39,423 bases of DNA from Calditrichaceae bacterium (GTDB lineage: Bacteria > Calditrichota > Calditrichia > Calditrichales > JBFXGD01): positions 1 through 39,423 of the forward strand of contig JBFXGD010000014.1 in the NCBI GenBank assembly GCA_050178385.1, read 5' to 3'. The notes under the pieces are model-generated. The model saw only the letters and a list, made by a program, of their open reading frames with translations, was not told the DNA's origin and did no database searches. The first letter of the stretch is position 1. The number at the start of each line of letters is the position of its first letter. Position numbers and translations under genes: made by a program. Below, in pieces: positions 1 to 10,334 of this stretch.

Positions 1-164
1 TTCCCTATATGATGTTATATGTATTCAGCGGTCTGATCCGGTTTTTATATAAACTTGGATCAGCTTCGGATCCGGATGAAAAATCGAAAGTGAAACAAGG
101 GAAATAAACTCCCACAAATGGTAATACGCGAAATGTGCAATATCCAATATCTGTGAGGAACATT

Positions 165-428
165 ATGAAGAAGAAGAGCCTGGGTTTTATTATAACCGTT
201 ATTTTTATCGGCGCGCTGATTGGTTCTGCTTTGGGGGAAATAGTCACTTATCTGGTTCCTGCGGGGGTTGTGAAAGATTTTTTTCTGAAATCGGTAACCG
301 CTTCCATAGGGCCCGGTACACTAAACATCATCATCGTAACGTTGACTCTTGGATTTACGCTCAAGCTGAACGTGATGGGTGTTATAGGCATATTAATTGC
401 CGCGTATGTATTACGCTGGGTTGATTAA
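165..428 (+). CDS. Small two-TM membrane protein (DUF4321-like)
   Basis: ATG at 165 after GAGGAA. Two hydrophobic segments ([37 protein letters not shown]) match the DUF4321 pattern. Confidence 0.7.
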   Translation: MKKKSLGFIITVIFIGALIGSALGEIVTYLVPAGVVKDFFLKSVTASIGPGTLNIIIVTLTLGFTLKLNVMGVIGILIAAYVLRWVD

Positions 429-451
429 CTTTATTTAAGAGGTGCCCAAAC

Positions 452-691
452 ATGTTTGGAATTGGAACGACAGAATTGCTGGTGATTCTTTTTATTATAT
501 TACTGGTTTTTGGTTCAAAAAAATTACCTGAGCTTGCTCAGGGCCTCGGCCGAGGTATCCGCGAGTTTAAAAAAGCCACAAATGAAATACAGGATGAACT
601 GGATCTGAGTAAACCGGCTGTTAAAGAGAAGAAAAAGGATCAAACAGAAAAAACCGGAAACGCTGAACAGGAAAAAGACGAGAAAGAATAA
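452..691 (+). CDS. tatA: Twin-arginine translocase subunit TatA/TatE
   Basis: [42 protein letters not shown] signature; GAGGTG RBS. Confidence 0.95.
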   Translation: MFGIGTTELLVILFIILLVFGSKKLPELAQGLGRGIREFKKATNEIQDELDLSKPAVKEKKKDQTEKTGNAEQEKDEKE

Positions 692-2119
692 ATGACTTTA
701 AATGAAAAAGTAGCGGCGATTAAGAATGGTCAGATCAAGGCTGTCGATAAATTAGAAAAGTATCTGGAACAATCACAAAAAAATAAAGAGCTGAATGCCT
801 TTATAAATATCCTCGAAGATGGCGCCCGCAAAAGGGCAGAAACTATCGACCAAAATATTCAGAATGGCATAGATCCCGGACCACTCACGGGAGTTGTGAT
901 GGCCATTAAGGATAATATTAATATAAAAAATGAAAAAACGACCTGCGGCAGCAAAATTTTACAGCCGTTTAAGTCGCCCTATAATGCCACAGTGATCAAT
1001 AAACTCGAAAAGGCCGGCGCTATTTTCATCGGTAAGACGAATATGGATGAATATGCCATGGGCTCTTCCAATGAAAATTCAAGTTTTGGCCCTGTTCGAA
1101 ATCCAGTCGATAAAACCAGAGTTCCGGGTGGTTCAAGCGGCGGCTCCGCTGTAAGCGTGGCGGCAGGCATGGCGGATGCGGCGCTCGGCAGCGAAACGGG
1201 AGGATCTATCCGTCAACCCGCTTCTTTTACGGGAGTTGTCGGTTTAAAACCTTCCTATGGACGTGTTTCAAGATATGGCTTGGTAGCGTTTGCTTCTTCT
1301 CTTGATCAGATAGGAGTATTTGCGCCAACCGTAAGCGATAACGCGCTGGTTTTTGGTCAGATTGCCGGACACGACATGAATGACTCCACCTCGGCGGATG
1401 TGGCTGTTCCTGATTATTCAGAATATCTGGGCCGTGATGTTAAAGGTGTCAGAATAGGTATTCCTGATGAGTATTTTGGGGATGGCCTTGATGAAAACAT
1501 TCGTGACGGTGTTCTCGGTATGGTCGACAGGCTGCGGGAACAGGGCGCGGAAGTCAAAAAAATAAAGATGCCGACTTCTCAATACGGGATTTCGGTTTAC
1601 TATATTATCGCAACCGCGGAAGCATCATCAAATCTTGCCCGATATGATGGCGTAAGATACGGGCTGAGTATAAGAGAATCGGGTGATGACCTTATCGATA
1701 TGTATTCGAAAACACGCAGCCAGGGATTCGGTGACGAAGTCAGACGCCGGATTATGCTGGGTACGTATGTACTTTCGTCCGGTTATTACGATGCCTATTA
1801 CAAAAAAGCTCAAAAGGCGCGCAGATTAATTAAAAATGAACTGGATGAGGCGTTTAAAAATCTGGATGTAATAGTTACACCCACCACACCGACAACAGCA
1901 TTCGGTTTAGGGGAAAAAATAGATGATCCGCTGGCCATGTATCTTTCTGATATCTATACTGTTTCGGCAAATCTGGCCGGCATTTGCGCGATGAGTGTTC
2001 CTGTGGGCAAGCATCCGAATGGTCTGCCGTTCGGAATTCAGCTTCTTTCAAACGCTTTCAACGAAGGTATGCTGTTCCGCGTAGGCGATTATATCGAAAA
2101 GATTGTGGAAAAACAATAA
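692..2119 (+). CDS. gatA: Asp-tRNA(Asn)/Glu-tRNA(Gln) amidotransferase subunit A
   Basis: Amidase signature GKTNMDEYAMGSS, PGGSSGGSA, GSETGGSIRQPAS; RRIMLGTYVLSSGYYDAYY. Confidence 0.97.
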   Translation: MTLNEKVAAIKNGQIKAVDKLEKYLEQSQKNKELNAFINILEDGARKRAETIDQNIQNGIDPGPLTGVVMAIKDNINIKNEKTTCGSKILQPFKSPYNATVINKLEKAGAIFIGKTNMDEYAMGSSNENSSFGPVRNPVDKTRVPGGSSGGSAVSVAAGMADAALGSETGGSIRQPASFTGVVGLKPSYGRVSRYGLVAFASSLDQIGVFAPTVSDNALVFGQIAGHDMNDSTSADVAVPDYSEYLGRDVKGVRIGIPDEYFGDGLDENIRDGVLGMVDRLREQGAEVKKIKMPTSQYGISVYYIIATAEASSNLARYDGVRYGLSIRESGDDLIDMYSKTRSQGFGDEVRRRIMLGTYVLSSGYYDAYYKKAQKARRLIKNELDEAFKNLDVIVTPTTPTTAFGLGEKIDDPLAMYLSDIYTVSANLAGICAMSVPVGKHPNGLPFGIQLLSNAFNEGMLFRVGDYIEKIVEKQ

Positions 2120-2176
2120 TTGCTTTACCCCCCGCATGTCAAATGATGAATTTATAAATAGGCTTAGATATATTAA

Positions 2177-3646
2177 ATGGATGATAAGATGAATTATGAA
2201 GCGGTAATCGGACTGGAAGTTCACGCGCAGCTTGCGACAAAAACTAAAATTTTTTGTAACTGTAGTACGCAATTCGGAGCTGAACCGAATTCCCAAACAT
2301 GTCCGGTCTGTCTTGGAATGCCCGGGACGCTGCCGGTTTTAAACAAAAAAGTAGTGGAATACGCAATCAAAATGGGTCTGGCTACGGATTCGGAGATTGC
2401 GCGATTCAATAAATTCGCGCGAAAAAACTATTTCTATCCTGATCTTCCAAAGGGCTATCAGATTTCACAATTTGACGAACCTATCTGTGAACACGGCCAC
2501 ATAACGATCGATATTGATGGAAGCAAAAAGCGTATTGGGATTACAAGAATTCACATGGAAGAGGATGCGGGTAAATCGATACATGATGAAACCTATGTGA
2601 ATGATGATGAAACACTGGTAGATCTGAATCGCTGCGGAGTTCCGCTCATTGAAATCGTCAGTGAACCGGATCTGCGGTCACCGCGTGAAGCTTATGAGTA
2701 TCTCACCAAGATCAGACAGCTTGTCCGTTATCTGGAAATTTGCGATGGCAATATGGAAGAAGGCAGTCTCCGGTGTGACGCCAATGTCAGTATGCGTCCG
2801 GTGGGGCAGGAAAAATTTGGTGTTAAAACCGAATTAAAAAACATGAATTCATTTAGAAATGTTGAGAGAGCGCTTCAATATGAAATGGACCGGCAGACGG
2901 AAACTCTGAGAAACGGCGGAACAATTCAGCAGGAAACGTTGCTTTGGGATCCGGTCCAGAATAAGGCCATCTCAATGCGAAGTAAAGAAGAGTCTCATGA
3001 TTACAGGTATTTCCCGGAACCGGATCTGGTGCCGGTAGTTATCAGCGTGGAATGGATTGAAGAAATTAAAAAATCCATGCCGGAGCTTCCGAAAGCAAAG
3101 ATGGCCAGATTCATCGAACATTATGCAATACCGGTTTACAATGCCGAAGTCATAACAGCGTCCAAAGATGTGGCGGATTATTTTGAAGCCGTAACGGAGC
3201 ATTGCGCCGATCCCAAACTGGTCAGTAACTGGATTATGGGTGAAGTGATGCGTGTGATGAAAGATCAGAAAAAAGAAATCAATGACCTGGGGCTTCCTTC
3301 GGCAAAATTGGCTGACCTTCTGAATGCCGTAATCAAGAACACGATCAGCGGAAGCGCGGCTAAGACAGTTTTTGAAAATCTATTGGTTTCTAAGAAATCA
3401 GTGGATAATCTGATAGATGAGCTTGGATTAAAACAAGTGTCTGACAGCTCTGTGATTGAATCAATCATCGACCGGATTTTTGATGAAAATTCGGAACAGG
3501 TTGACGCTTATAAAAACGGAAAGACACAACTGTTCGGTTTTTTTGTCGGACAGGTGATGAAAGCATCAAAGGGGAAAGCTAATCCTGTGGTTATTAACGA
3601 AATACTCAGGAAAAAATTAGAAAGTGTCTCCCCTGATAAAAGTTAA
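2177..3646 (+). CDS. gatB: Asp-tRNA(Asn)/Glu-tRNA(Gln) amidotransferase subunit B
   Basis: [47 protein letters not shown]. Alternative start at 2189. Confidence 0.97.
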   Translation: MDDKMNYEAVIGLEVHAQLATKTKIFCNCSTQFGAEPNSQTCPVCLGMPGTLPVLNKKVVEYAIKMGLATDSEIARFNKFARKNYFYPDLPKGYQISQFDEPICEHGHITIDIDGSKKRIGITRIHMEEDAGKSIHDETYVNDDETLVDLNRCGVPLIEIVSEPDLRSPREAYEYLTKIRQLVRYLEICDGNMEEGSLRCDANVSMRPVGQEKFGVKTELKNMNSFRNVERALQYEMDRQTETLRNGGTIQQETLLWDPVQNKAISMRSKEESHDYRYFPEPDLVPVVISVEWIEEIKKSMPELPKAKMARFIEHYAIPVYNAEVITASKDVADYFEAVTEHCADPKLVSNWIMGEVMRVMKDQKKEINDLGLPSAKLADLLNAVIKNTISGSAAKTVFENLLVSKKSVDNLIDELGLKQVSDSSVIESIIDRIFDENSEQVDAYKNGKTQLFGFFVGQVMKASKGKANPVVINEILRKKLESVSPDKS

Positions 3647-3649
3647 GAT

Positions 3650-3677
3650 TCAGGCGTCATTCAGACGCCTGATATTT
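3650..3677 (+). terminator. Hairpin after gatB (putative intrinsic terminator)
   Basis: 9-bp perfect stem TCAGGCGTC/GACGCCTGA with a 5-nt loop, followed by a short TATTT tail. Confidence 0.55.
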
Positions 3678-3700
3678 CCATACGAAGTTAGGTGTATGGT

Positions 3701-4465
3701 ATGAAACGCCTGCTTTTATTCTATATTCTATCCTTATCTCCCGTAATTGGCCAGGATTTTTCCGTATTTAATATAAAGAGACAGCCGATGGGGGGCGATT
3801 CAACCCAATTTTCATCTCCGCTGGGGCTGAAATATTCATTTAAAAATATGAAGTCGGTACCTTTTATCCAGGATACATTTTATATAAAGCTGGATTATGA
3901 AACAGCCGATGACCGTACGCTTTATTACAGTCCGGAAAATATCATTCCGGCGAATCCTCTTTTTCTGGACACCCGCAGCAGTTCCTATTATACACCGCGT
4001 ATCGTAAGTGACAGGATGGATCAGATAATGAACCGGCCCCGGGCCGATAGTTTTGTGCCCTTACCTGTAGCGGCGGTACTGGCTGCGAGGCTTGCGGCGA
4101 AGTACATTGATATTGGGAAGAAGATAGAAATTTCCGCGCGCGATTATATTATAGAAAATGAACACATACTGATATTAAATGCTTTATGGAAAAATCCGGG
4201 ATGTTCGGCAGCGGATATTTATAGTGACAGCCTCTTTAAATATCAGGGGACACTCAATACTCTGGAATCTTCAATCGGCGCTTTGCAGAATAAAAAACTG
4301 GTTAAAGTCAGAAAAGTTGAGAATGAAAACGACCGGTATTATGCAGCCCAAAGTAAGCAGGTTGTAATAAATTTGATAGAGAATGGGATGCAGTCACCTG
4401 ATTTGACACAGGCTGAAAAGAATTCCCTTTATCAGTTTTTGAAGATAATCCGGGATGAGAGCTGA
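3701..4465 (+). CDS. Hypothetical protein with signal peptide and C-terminal BlaI/MecI-like winged-helix region
   Basis: ATG 3701 after AGGTG; MKRLLLFYILSLSPVIG-Q signal-like N-terminus. ILNALWKNPGCSAADIY...LQNKKLVKVRK...YYA resembles a wHTH. Confidence 0.6.
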   Translation: MKRLLLFYILSLSPVIGQDFSVFNIKRQPMGGDSTQFSSPLGLKYSFKNMKSVPFIQDTFYIKLDYETADDRTLYYSPENIIPANPLFLDTRSSSYYTPRIVSDRMDQIMNRPRADSFVPLPVAAVLAARLAAKYIDIGKKIEISARDYIIENEHILILNALWKNPGCSAADIYSDSLFKYQGTLNTLESSIGALQNKKLVKVRKVENENDRYYAAQSKQVVINLIENGMQSPDLTQAEKNSLYQFLKIIRDES

Positions 4466-4518
4466 TTACCGGAGTTAGCTATATCTTAAGAAAATCTTCT
4501 CCTTCCATCGCCATTTTA

Positions 4519-4547
4519 TTGATCAGCCAGGGCTTTCTGTTTAAATT
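4519..4547 (+). promoter_or_regulatory. Putative sigma70 promoter
   Basis: TTGATC-17 bp-TAAATT ending 30 bp before the ATG at 4577. Confidence 0.5.
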
Positions 4548-4576
4548 AAATCAGGATACTTAAAAAAGGATTTTAA

Positions 4577-5548
4577 ATGACCGGACAGAAAACAAATCCA
4601 GTAATTATTGTTCACGGCGGAGCATGGGATATACCGATCAGCGCCCATCAGGATCATGTAACAGGCATAGAAAACGCGCTGCAGGCAGGGCAGAAGTATC
4701 TAAAAGAGACGAATGACCCGGTTGAAACAGTTATAGAAATAATCAAAATACTCGAAAACGATCAGGCGTTTGACGCCGGCACCGGTTCATTTTTGAATGA
4801 TATGGGTGAGGTGGAAATGGACGCGGGAATCATGAACGGAACAGACCTGTCCATTGGAGCGGTCGCCGCAATTCAGCATGTGAAGCACCCCATTGAAGTA
4901 GCGGAACTGGTTCGTGTAAAAACGCAGCACGTGATGCTTGCCGGAGAGGGGGCGACAAACTTTGCCGTGAAGAATGGCATCGAGCCGGTGAGGACCGAAT
5001 CCCTCTTAACCGGTCGTGAGAAAGAACGTTACCTGGAATTAAAATCACAGGGAAAAGTCAGGATACAATCATTTTTTGAAAACAAATCGACTCCACCTGA
5101 TACGGTGGGAGCCGTTGTCATCAATAGCAGGGGCGAGATGGCTGCCGGAACATCCACAGGCGGAACACCTTACAAAATGCAGGGGCGTATCGGTGATAGT
5201 CCGATCGCCGGCGCCGGATACTATGCTGATAATACCATAGGCGCGGCATCCACCACCGGGTGGGGAGAAAGTATTATGCGAATAATGCTCGCGAAAACCG
5301 CGCTTGACTATCTAAAGGCCGGAAATGATGCGGCCATTGCCGCGGAATCGGCGATTAAGGATCTGGAAACCCGTGTTTCAGGAAACGGTGGCATCATTCT
5401 TCTTGATAAAAATGGCAACTGGGCCTTCGCTCATAATACGCCATTCATGGCCGTGGGAGTCGCCACCATTGAAAAACTACTTTTTGTATCCATGGGCAGC
5501 CGGCCTTCGAATGAAAAAGAACCATCTTACATAGTATCAGGAAAATAG
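4577..5548 (+). CDS. iaaA: Isoaspartyl peptidase/L-asparaginase (Ntn hydrolase)
   Basis: IIVHGGAW, FDAGTGS, nucleophile DTVGAV, GTSTGG, GRIGDSPIAGAG. Confidence 0.9.
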   Translation: MTGQKTNPVIIVHGGAWDIPISAHQDHVTGIENALQAGQKYLKETNDPVETVIEIIKILENDQAFDAGTGSFLNDMGEVEMDAGIMNGTDLSIGAVAAIQHVKHPIEVAELVRVKTQHVMLAGEGATNFAVKNGIEPVRTESLLTGREKERYLELKSQGKVRIQSFFENKSTPPDTVGAVVINSRGEMAAGTSTGGTPYKMQGRIGDSPIAGAGYYADNTIGAASTTGWGESIMRIMLAKTALDYLKAGNDAAIAAESAIKDLETRVSGNGGIILLDKNGNWAFAHNTPFMAVGVATIEKLLFVSMGSRPSNEKEPSYIVSGK

Positions 5549-5549
5549 C

Positions 5550-6395
5550 GTGAAAAGCGGTATCACCTACCTCAGAAATTACTTCAGAATTATTCGTCCG
5601 CTGAATGTGCTGATCTCAATCATAAGTATTTGGGTGGCTGCCCTTATATCCAGCCAGTTTCATGTCAACATGAGGTTAGTTCTTGGAGGATTGGTCGCGG
5701 CATTAATTACGGGCGGAGCGAATATCATAAACGATATTTATGATATTAAAATTGACCGGATCAACAAACCGGGCAGGATGCTTCCATCAGGAGTTATTAC
5801 AGTAGAGACGGCCTGGAAATATTTCTACTTCTCCTACGGACTGGCTATCATAGTGTCTGTTTTTTGCGGCTGGGATATGTTTTTTGTCGCATCTGTGGTC
5901 GCTATTAGTCTTTACTGGTACAGCGTGGTATTAAAGAGAACAATTCTGTGGGGAAATATTCTGGTGAGTTTCTCGACGGGAGTTGCTTTCATTTATGGAG
6001 CTATGGCGGTTAATGACTGGCCGGCGGGGGTTATTCCGGGAATATTTGCGTTTTTCTTTCATTTTGGCCGGGAAATCATCAAAGATATGCAGGATATAAA
6101 AGGGGATCTTTCCGAAAACGCGGTGACATTTCCAGGACAAAAAGGGATGAAGAGCTCAATCGCCCTGGTTAACCTAATTTTTATTTTATTGATAATACTT
6201 ACCATAGTTCCTTATATTTTAAATATATACAATCTGACCTATCTGTTTGTTGTATTAATTGGCGTGGATCTGATACTGCTGATGGTCTCCATTTCAATCT
6301 GGAAATGGAATGATCCTTCGGCGCTGGGGAAATTTAGTCATCTGTTAAAATTAGATATGGTAGTCGGTTTAATCGCAATATATCTGGGATCGTAA
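5550..6395 (+). CDS. UbiA-family prenyltransferase, digeranylgeranylglyceryl-phosphate synthase-like
   Basis: Polytopic membrane protein with NIINDIYDIKIDRINKPGRMLPSG and REIIKDMQDIKGD, the motif pair of the DGGGPS clade. GTG start. Confidence 0.8.
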   Translation: MKSGITYLRNYFRIIRPLNVLISIISIWVAALISSQFHVNMRLVLGGLVAALITGGANIINDIYDIKIDRINKPGRMLPSGVITVETAWKYFYFSYGLAIIVSVFCGWDMFFVASVVAISLYWYSVVLKRTILWGNILVSFSTGVAFIYGAMAVNDWPAGVIPGIFAFFFHFGREIIKDMQDIKGDLSENAVTFPGQKGMKSSIALVNLIFILLIILTIVPYILNIYNLTYLFVVLIGVDLILLMVSISIWKWNDPSALGKFSHLLKLDMVVGLIAIYLGS

Positions 6396-6396
6396 A

Positions 6397-7005
6397 ATGA
6401 TATTTTCATTAATCGAGAACCTTGACAAAGTCGATGTTGTTTTGGCATCGACATCTCCCAGGAGATATGAACTTCTAAAAACGATCGGTCTGGAATTTAA
6501 AGTTGTAGTCAGCGGGGCAAATGAATCAAACGATGATAACCTGGATCCGGTGAGTTTCGCGCTTGAGAATGCCAGAAAAAAGGCTTGCGCGGTGGCAGAG
6601 AAACATCCGAATTCCTTAGTCATATCAGCGGATACCATTGTTGTTCTTAATGGGATTATGATGGGCAAACCTGTTGATGAAGAAGACGCATACAAAATGA
6701 TCTCCGCCTTGAGCGGCCAGACACATAAAGTTTGTACTGCGTTCGGACTGACATTTAAACGGTACGATAAATCATTTTTTGACACTGTCGAAACCGAAGT
6801 CACTTTTCGACAGCTCACAGAAGAGGAAATCTGGGAATATATCAATACCGGGGAGCCTTTTGATAAGGCAGGCGCTTATGCCATTCAGGGGCAGGGCTCC
6901 ATTCTCGTCGAAAAAATCAACGGATGTTTTTTTAATGTAGTTGGCTTCCCGCTCTCCAAATTTTTTACGGATCTTGATAAATTTCTTGCCGGCCTGGTAC
7001 TTTGA
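6397..7005 (+). CDS. maf: Maf-family nucleoside triphosphate pyrophosphatase
   Basis: VLASTSPRRYELL, SADTIV, GKP, DKAGAYAIQG, NVVGFP. Confidence 0.93.
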   Translation: MIFSLIENLDKVDVVLASTSPRRYELLKTIGLEFKVVVSGANESNDDNLDPVSFALENARKKACAVAEKHPNSLVISADTIVVLNGIMMGKPVDEEDAYKMISALSGQTHKVCTAFGLTFKRYDKSFFDTVETEVTFRQLTEEEIWEYINTGEPFDKAGAYAIQGQGSILVEKINGCFFNVVGFPLSKFFTDLDKFLAGLVL

Positions 7006-7024
7006 TAGTGACCTGGGGAGATGA

Positions 7025-7471
7025 GTGAAAAAAACTGTAGAAAAGCATACACGAATTCTGCTTGTGGATGATGATCCCAATGTACAAAGAATGGTCGGGC
7101 TGTTTCTCAATAGAGAAAAGATGGATGTTGAATGCGTCGGCAACGGACGAATCGCGCTTCACAAACTGACTACTGAATCCTTCGATATAATATTATCAGA
7201 TATTCAAATGCCGCAGATGGATGGTATTACGCTCATGAAAGAAATCAAAACCCGGAAGTTCAATATTCCGGTAGTTGTGCTTTCCGGATTTGGGCTGGAA
7301 AACATGGCGATGGAGGCGATGGAACTTGGTGCCTATGAAGTCTTACAGAAGCCTTTTGACAGCAGCTGTCTTATCGATGCAATCCGGCGTACACTTAAGG
7401 AGCATCTCGAGAGAACGCGCGAATTGGTTTTGAAGTCTCATTCACGAAAAACAAAAACTAAACGCAAATGA
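7025..7471 (+). CDS. Single-domain response regulator (receiver)
   Basis: ILLVDDD, ILSDIQMPQMDG, LSG, QKPF form a canonical CheY-like active site. GTG start after GGGGAG. Confidence 0.88.
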   Translation: MKKTVEKHTRILLVDDDPNVQRMVGLFLNREKMDVECVGNGRIALHKLTTESFDIILSDIQMPQMDGITLMKEIKTRKFNIPVVVLSGFGLENMAMEAMELGAYEVLQKPFDSSCLIDAIRRTLKEHLERTRELVLKSHSRKTKTKRK

Positions 7472-7665
7472 TGCTCATCCGGAACTTTAAGAGATATTAG
7501 CTATATCGGTTAATTGGTAAAATTACAAAAAGCTTTCAAAAAAAATGAATTAATGATAAATAAAATGTCGCTGCCGATTATATTTGCAAATACCTTTTCG
7601 ATGATTAAATTGAAATATCATAATTTATTTACTGTGTCCTCATACGAGAATGAACGGAAACCTCC

Positions 7666-8874
7666 GTGGAACTTTATTTAACAGTCATAGGCCTCTTGCT
7701 GTCATTTTTTTTTGCAGGGGCTGAAGCAACCTATACCGGTTTCGATAAAATGCGGCTTGAAGTCTGGAAAAGGCAAAAGCTGAAATTTGTTGATTATACT
7801 GTAAGATATGTGAAACATCCCGAGCACTTTTTTGCCACCATATTAATCGGTAATAATGTAGCCAATATCCTTTATTCCACATTTGCGACAGTATTTTTGC
7901 TGGCATATCTTGATGAAACCTTAGCCTGGTTAATTATAACAGTGGTTGTACTGTTTTTTGGCGAAATATTTCCAAAAAATTATTTTCGATCTATCGCGGA
8001 TCTTATTGTACTGCGCGTTATGTTCATGGTACATATTTTTTATATACTTTTTCATCCCCTCGTAAAAATTGTCAACAGCTTAATTGAATGGATCCTCAGG
8101 TTATTAAAAATCAATCATGAAAATGTTGCCAGTTTTTTTTCCAGAGAGGAGTTGGAAATGCTGCTTCTCGAAGGTCATAAGGCGGCCTTTGTCCAGCAGG
8201 TTGATCAAAAACTATTATCTAATATACTGGATTTTTCAAGCGCGCGGGTGCGGGAGGCAATGACCCCCAGAACTGAAATTATAGCTGCGCCGGATAATAT
8301 TTCATGGGATAGTTTTCAGGGTTTAATGATTAAAAGCGGAAAAAACAAAATACCGGTGTATCGCAAAATGCTGGATGATATTACAGGTGTGATTTTTATA
8401 TTTGATATGCTGGATGACCGTGAAAATATAGAAGAAATAATTCGCCCCATTCACTATGTACCTGAAACAAAATCATGCGCTGAGCTCCTTCGCGAATTTC
8501 AGGAGCAGAATATTTCAATCGCCGTTGTTATTGATGAATATGGCGGAACCGAAGGCCTGGTAACGATGGATGACCTGATAGAAGTTGTGTTTGGAGAGTT
8601 TGAAGAACTATTTGAAAGACAGCCGAAAATCAAGGCGTTAAATGATCACTCCTGGATCGTTGACACACGAATCGATATCGAAGAACTAAGCGAAATTGTA
8701 AAAATTAAGTTTCCCGATGGTGAATATGAAACATTCGCCGGATTTATTCTGGAAAAAATGGGACATATTCCTGAAATTAATGAAAAAGCGGATTTCAAGA
8801 AGTACCGTATCGAAATAACAAAGGCGAATCCTAAGAAAGTTTTACAGGCAAAGCTGATTCGCAAAAGGCGATAG
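7666..8874 (+). CDS. Hemolysin-family/CNNM protein (DUF21 + CBS pair + CorC_HlyC)
   Basis: SFFFAGAE, TILIGNN, FFGEIFPK, AMTPRTEI, VVIDEYGGTEGLVTMDDLIE. Confidence 0.9.
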   Translation: MELYLTVIGLLLSFFFAGAEATYTGFDKMRLEVWKRQKLKFVDYTVRYVKHPEHFFATILIGNNVANILYSTFATVFLLAYLDETLAWLIITVVVLFFGEIFPKNYFRSIADLIVLRVMFMVHIFYILFHPLVKIVNSLIEWILRLLKINHENVASFFSREELEMLLLEGHKAAFVQQVDQKLLSNILDFSSARVREAMTPRTEIIAAPDNISWDSFQGLMIKSGKNKIPVYRKMLDDITGVIFIFDMLDDRENIEEIIRPIHYVPETKSCAELLREFQEQNISIAVVIDEYGGTEGLVTMDDLIEVVFGEFEELFERQPKIKALNDHSWIVDTRIDIEELSEIVKIKFPDGEYETFAGFILEKMGHIPEINEKADFKKYRIEITKANPKKVLQAKLIRKRR

Positions 8875-8902
8875 TTTTGTCAAAAGAGGACTTGAATAGA
8901 TT

Positions 8903-10231
8903 TTGGCAAAAAAGAATCATTTTCTGCTATGGCTCTTGATTGTTCTTGTCAACCCGGCCATCAAACAGTTAAATGCTCAGACCCGCTTAAATTTTGATGA
9001 ATACGATTCTTCATCGCTTGTTGATTACTCTTCTTTCTATCCTCTGATGTTGTTAAAATTTGAGTACAGTCCATTTTATAAAGTTTACAAAAACCCTGTT
9101 CTCGATATTTCACCGCGGAACTGGGACGGACAGGATGCGGCCGATCCATTTGTGCTTGTTACCGCGGATTCGGTGACGATGTATTATGACGGTGACAATC
9201 ATTCGGGGTATGGAATCGGATACGCGGTTTTGGATTCGTCGGGCTGGTTTTGGCAAAAGAGAAACAACCTGGACATCACAAGCGGTAATGATTGGGATGC
9301 TTATCATTCGGTCGGCCCGTCGATTGTTAATGATGGCAGTCGCCTTCTCATGTTCTACAGCGGAAACAGCAAAGATTCTGAACTGGGTTACCAGATCGGC
9401 GCGGCAGAAAAATCACGATTAGGCAAATGGATTCATCAGGGTGGAGATCCGGTTTTGGAATTGAAGGATGATTTCTGGGATTTTGCCGGAAATGCCTACG
9501 CGGATGTCGTGTATATGCCGGATCAAAAAACATTCAGGATGTGGTACACAGGATTCGGCAATCTGTTTACAGGAATCGGGCAGGCTGTATCGAACGACGG
9601 AATCCATTGGAAGAAAGAAAACGAAAAAAACGTGTTTGAAATCGCGCCCGGTGTCATTGCTCCGGATGTTGTCTTTGACGGAGAAAGTTACCGGATGTTT
9701 TTTACCAGGTTGTATATAGAAAACGGACTGAAAACCAAAATATGTATGGCTGAATCGGTTGACGGAACCGATTGGAAAAATGTACAGGATGTGCTTATCC
9801 CTTCTGAACGCTGGGAAGGGCGGCGGTTGATGAAGCCGAATATTTCTTTTTATGACGGGAAACTGCATCTTTTCTATTGCGGTCAGAACGGATCAACATG
9901 GAGAATCGGCGAGGCTGTAGCTGAAGCGATTTTTGAAAAAGAAGGTGAGTGGATTTCGCCTCTGATCAGGGGGGATTATAAAAATTTAGTGCTGCAATTC
10001 GAAACCCCGCCTGAAACTTCTGTCTCTATAGAGATCGTTGGTGAAAATGAAAAACTGATCACACGTCTCACGAGTCCCTTTGCCAATGTCGAAGTTTTAC
10101 GAAATGGCGCCGGCAAAAGTATGATACCCCTAAATATTCCGGAAGATACTGATTTCCGGATCAAGCTGAAGTTATCCACCGCTTCACAAAATCGATCACC
10201 GGTCATATATGATCTGTACCTTGTGCCATAA
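8903..10231 (+). CDS. Secreted five-bladed beta-propeller glycoside-hydrolase-like protein (GH32/43/130 superfamily) with C-terminal beta-sandwich
   Basis: Signal-like N-terminus. Repeated blades: WDGQDAADPFV, WDAYHSVGPSIV..LMFYSG, WDFAG..RMWYTG..AVSNDGIHW, AESVDGTDW, LHLFYCG. Confidence 0.65.
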   Translation: MAKKNHFLLWLLIVLVNPAIKQLNAQTRLNFDEYDSSSLVDYSSFYPLMLLKFEYSPFYKVYKNPVLDISPRNWDGQDAADPFVLVTADSVTMYYDGDNHSGYGIGYAVLDSSGWFWQKRNNLDITSGNDWDAYHSVGPSIVNDGSRLLMFYSGNSKDSELGYQIGAAEKSRLGKWIHQGGDPVLELKDDFWDFAGNAYADVVYMPDQKTFRMWYTGFGNLFTGIGQAVSNDGIHWKKENEKNVFEIAPGVIAPDVVFDGESYRMFFTRLYIENGLKTKICMAESVDGTDWKNVQDVLIPSERWEGRRLMKPNISFYDGKLHLFYCGQNGSTWRIGEAVAEAIFEKEGEWISPLIRGDYKNLVLQFETPPETSVSIEIVGENEKLITRLTSPFANVEVLRNGAGKSMIPLNIPEDTDFRIKLKLSTASQNRSPVIYDLYLVP

Positions 10232-10305
10232 AAAATCCTTAATCTTTTTGAAGCCGAAAATGAGGACAGACAGCTTTTTGAATATCCAAAATACTTCTTT
10301 TAGCC

Positions 10306-10334
10306 TTGATTTTAAATGACGCAAGTTCTAAATT
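10306..10334 (+). promoter_or_regulatory. Putative sigma70 promoter
   Basis: TTGATT-17 bp-TAAATT in the intergenic region upstream of 10492. Confidence 0.45.
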
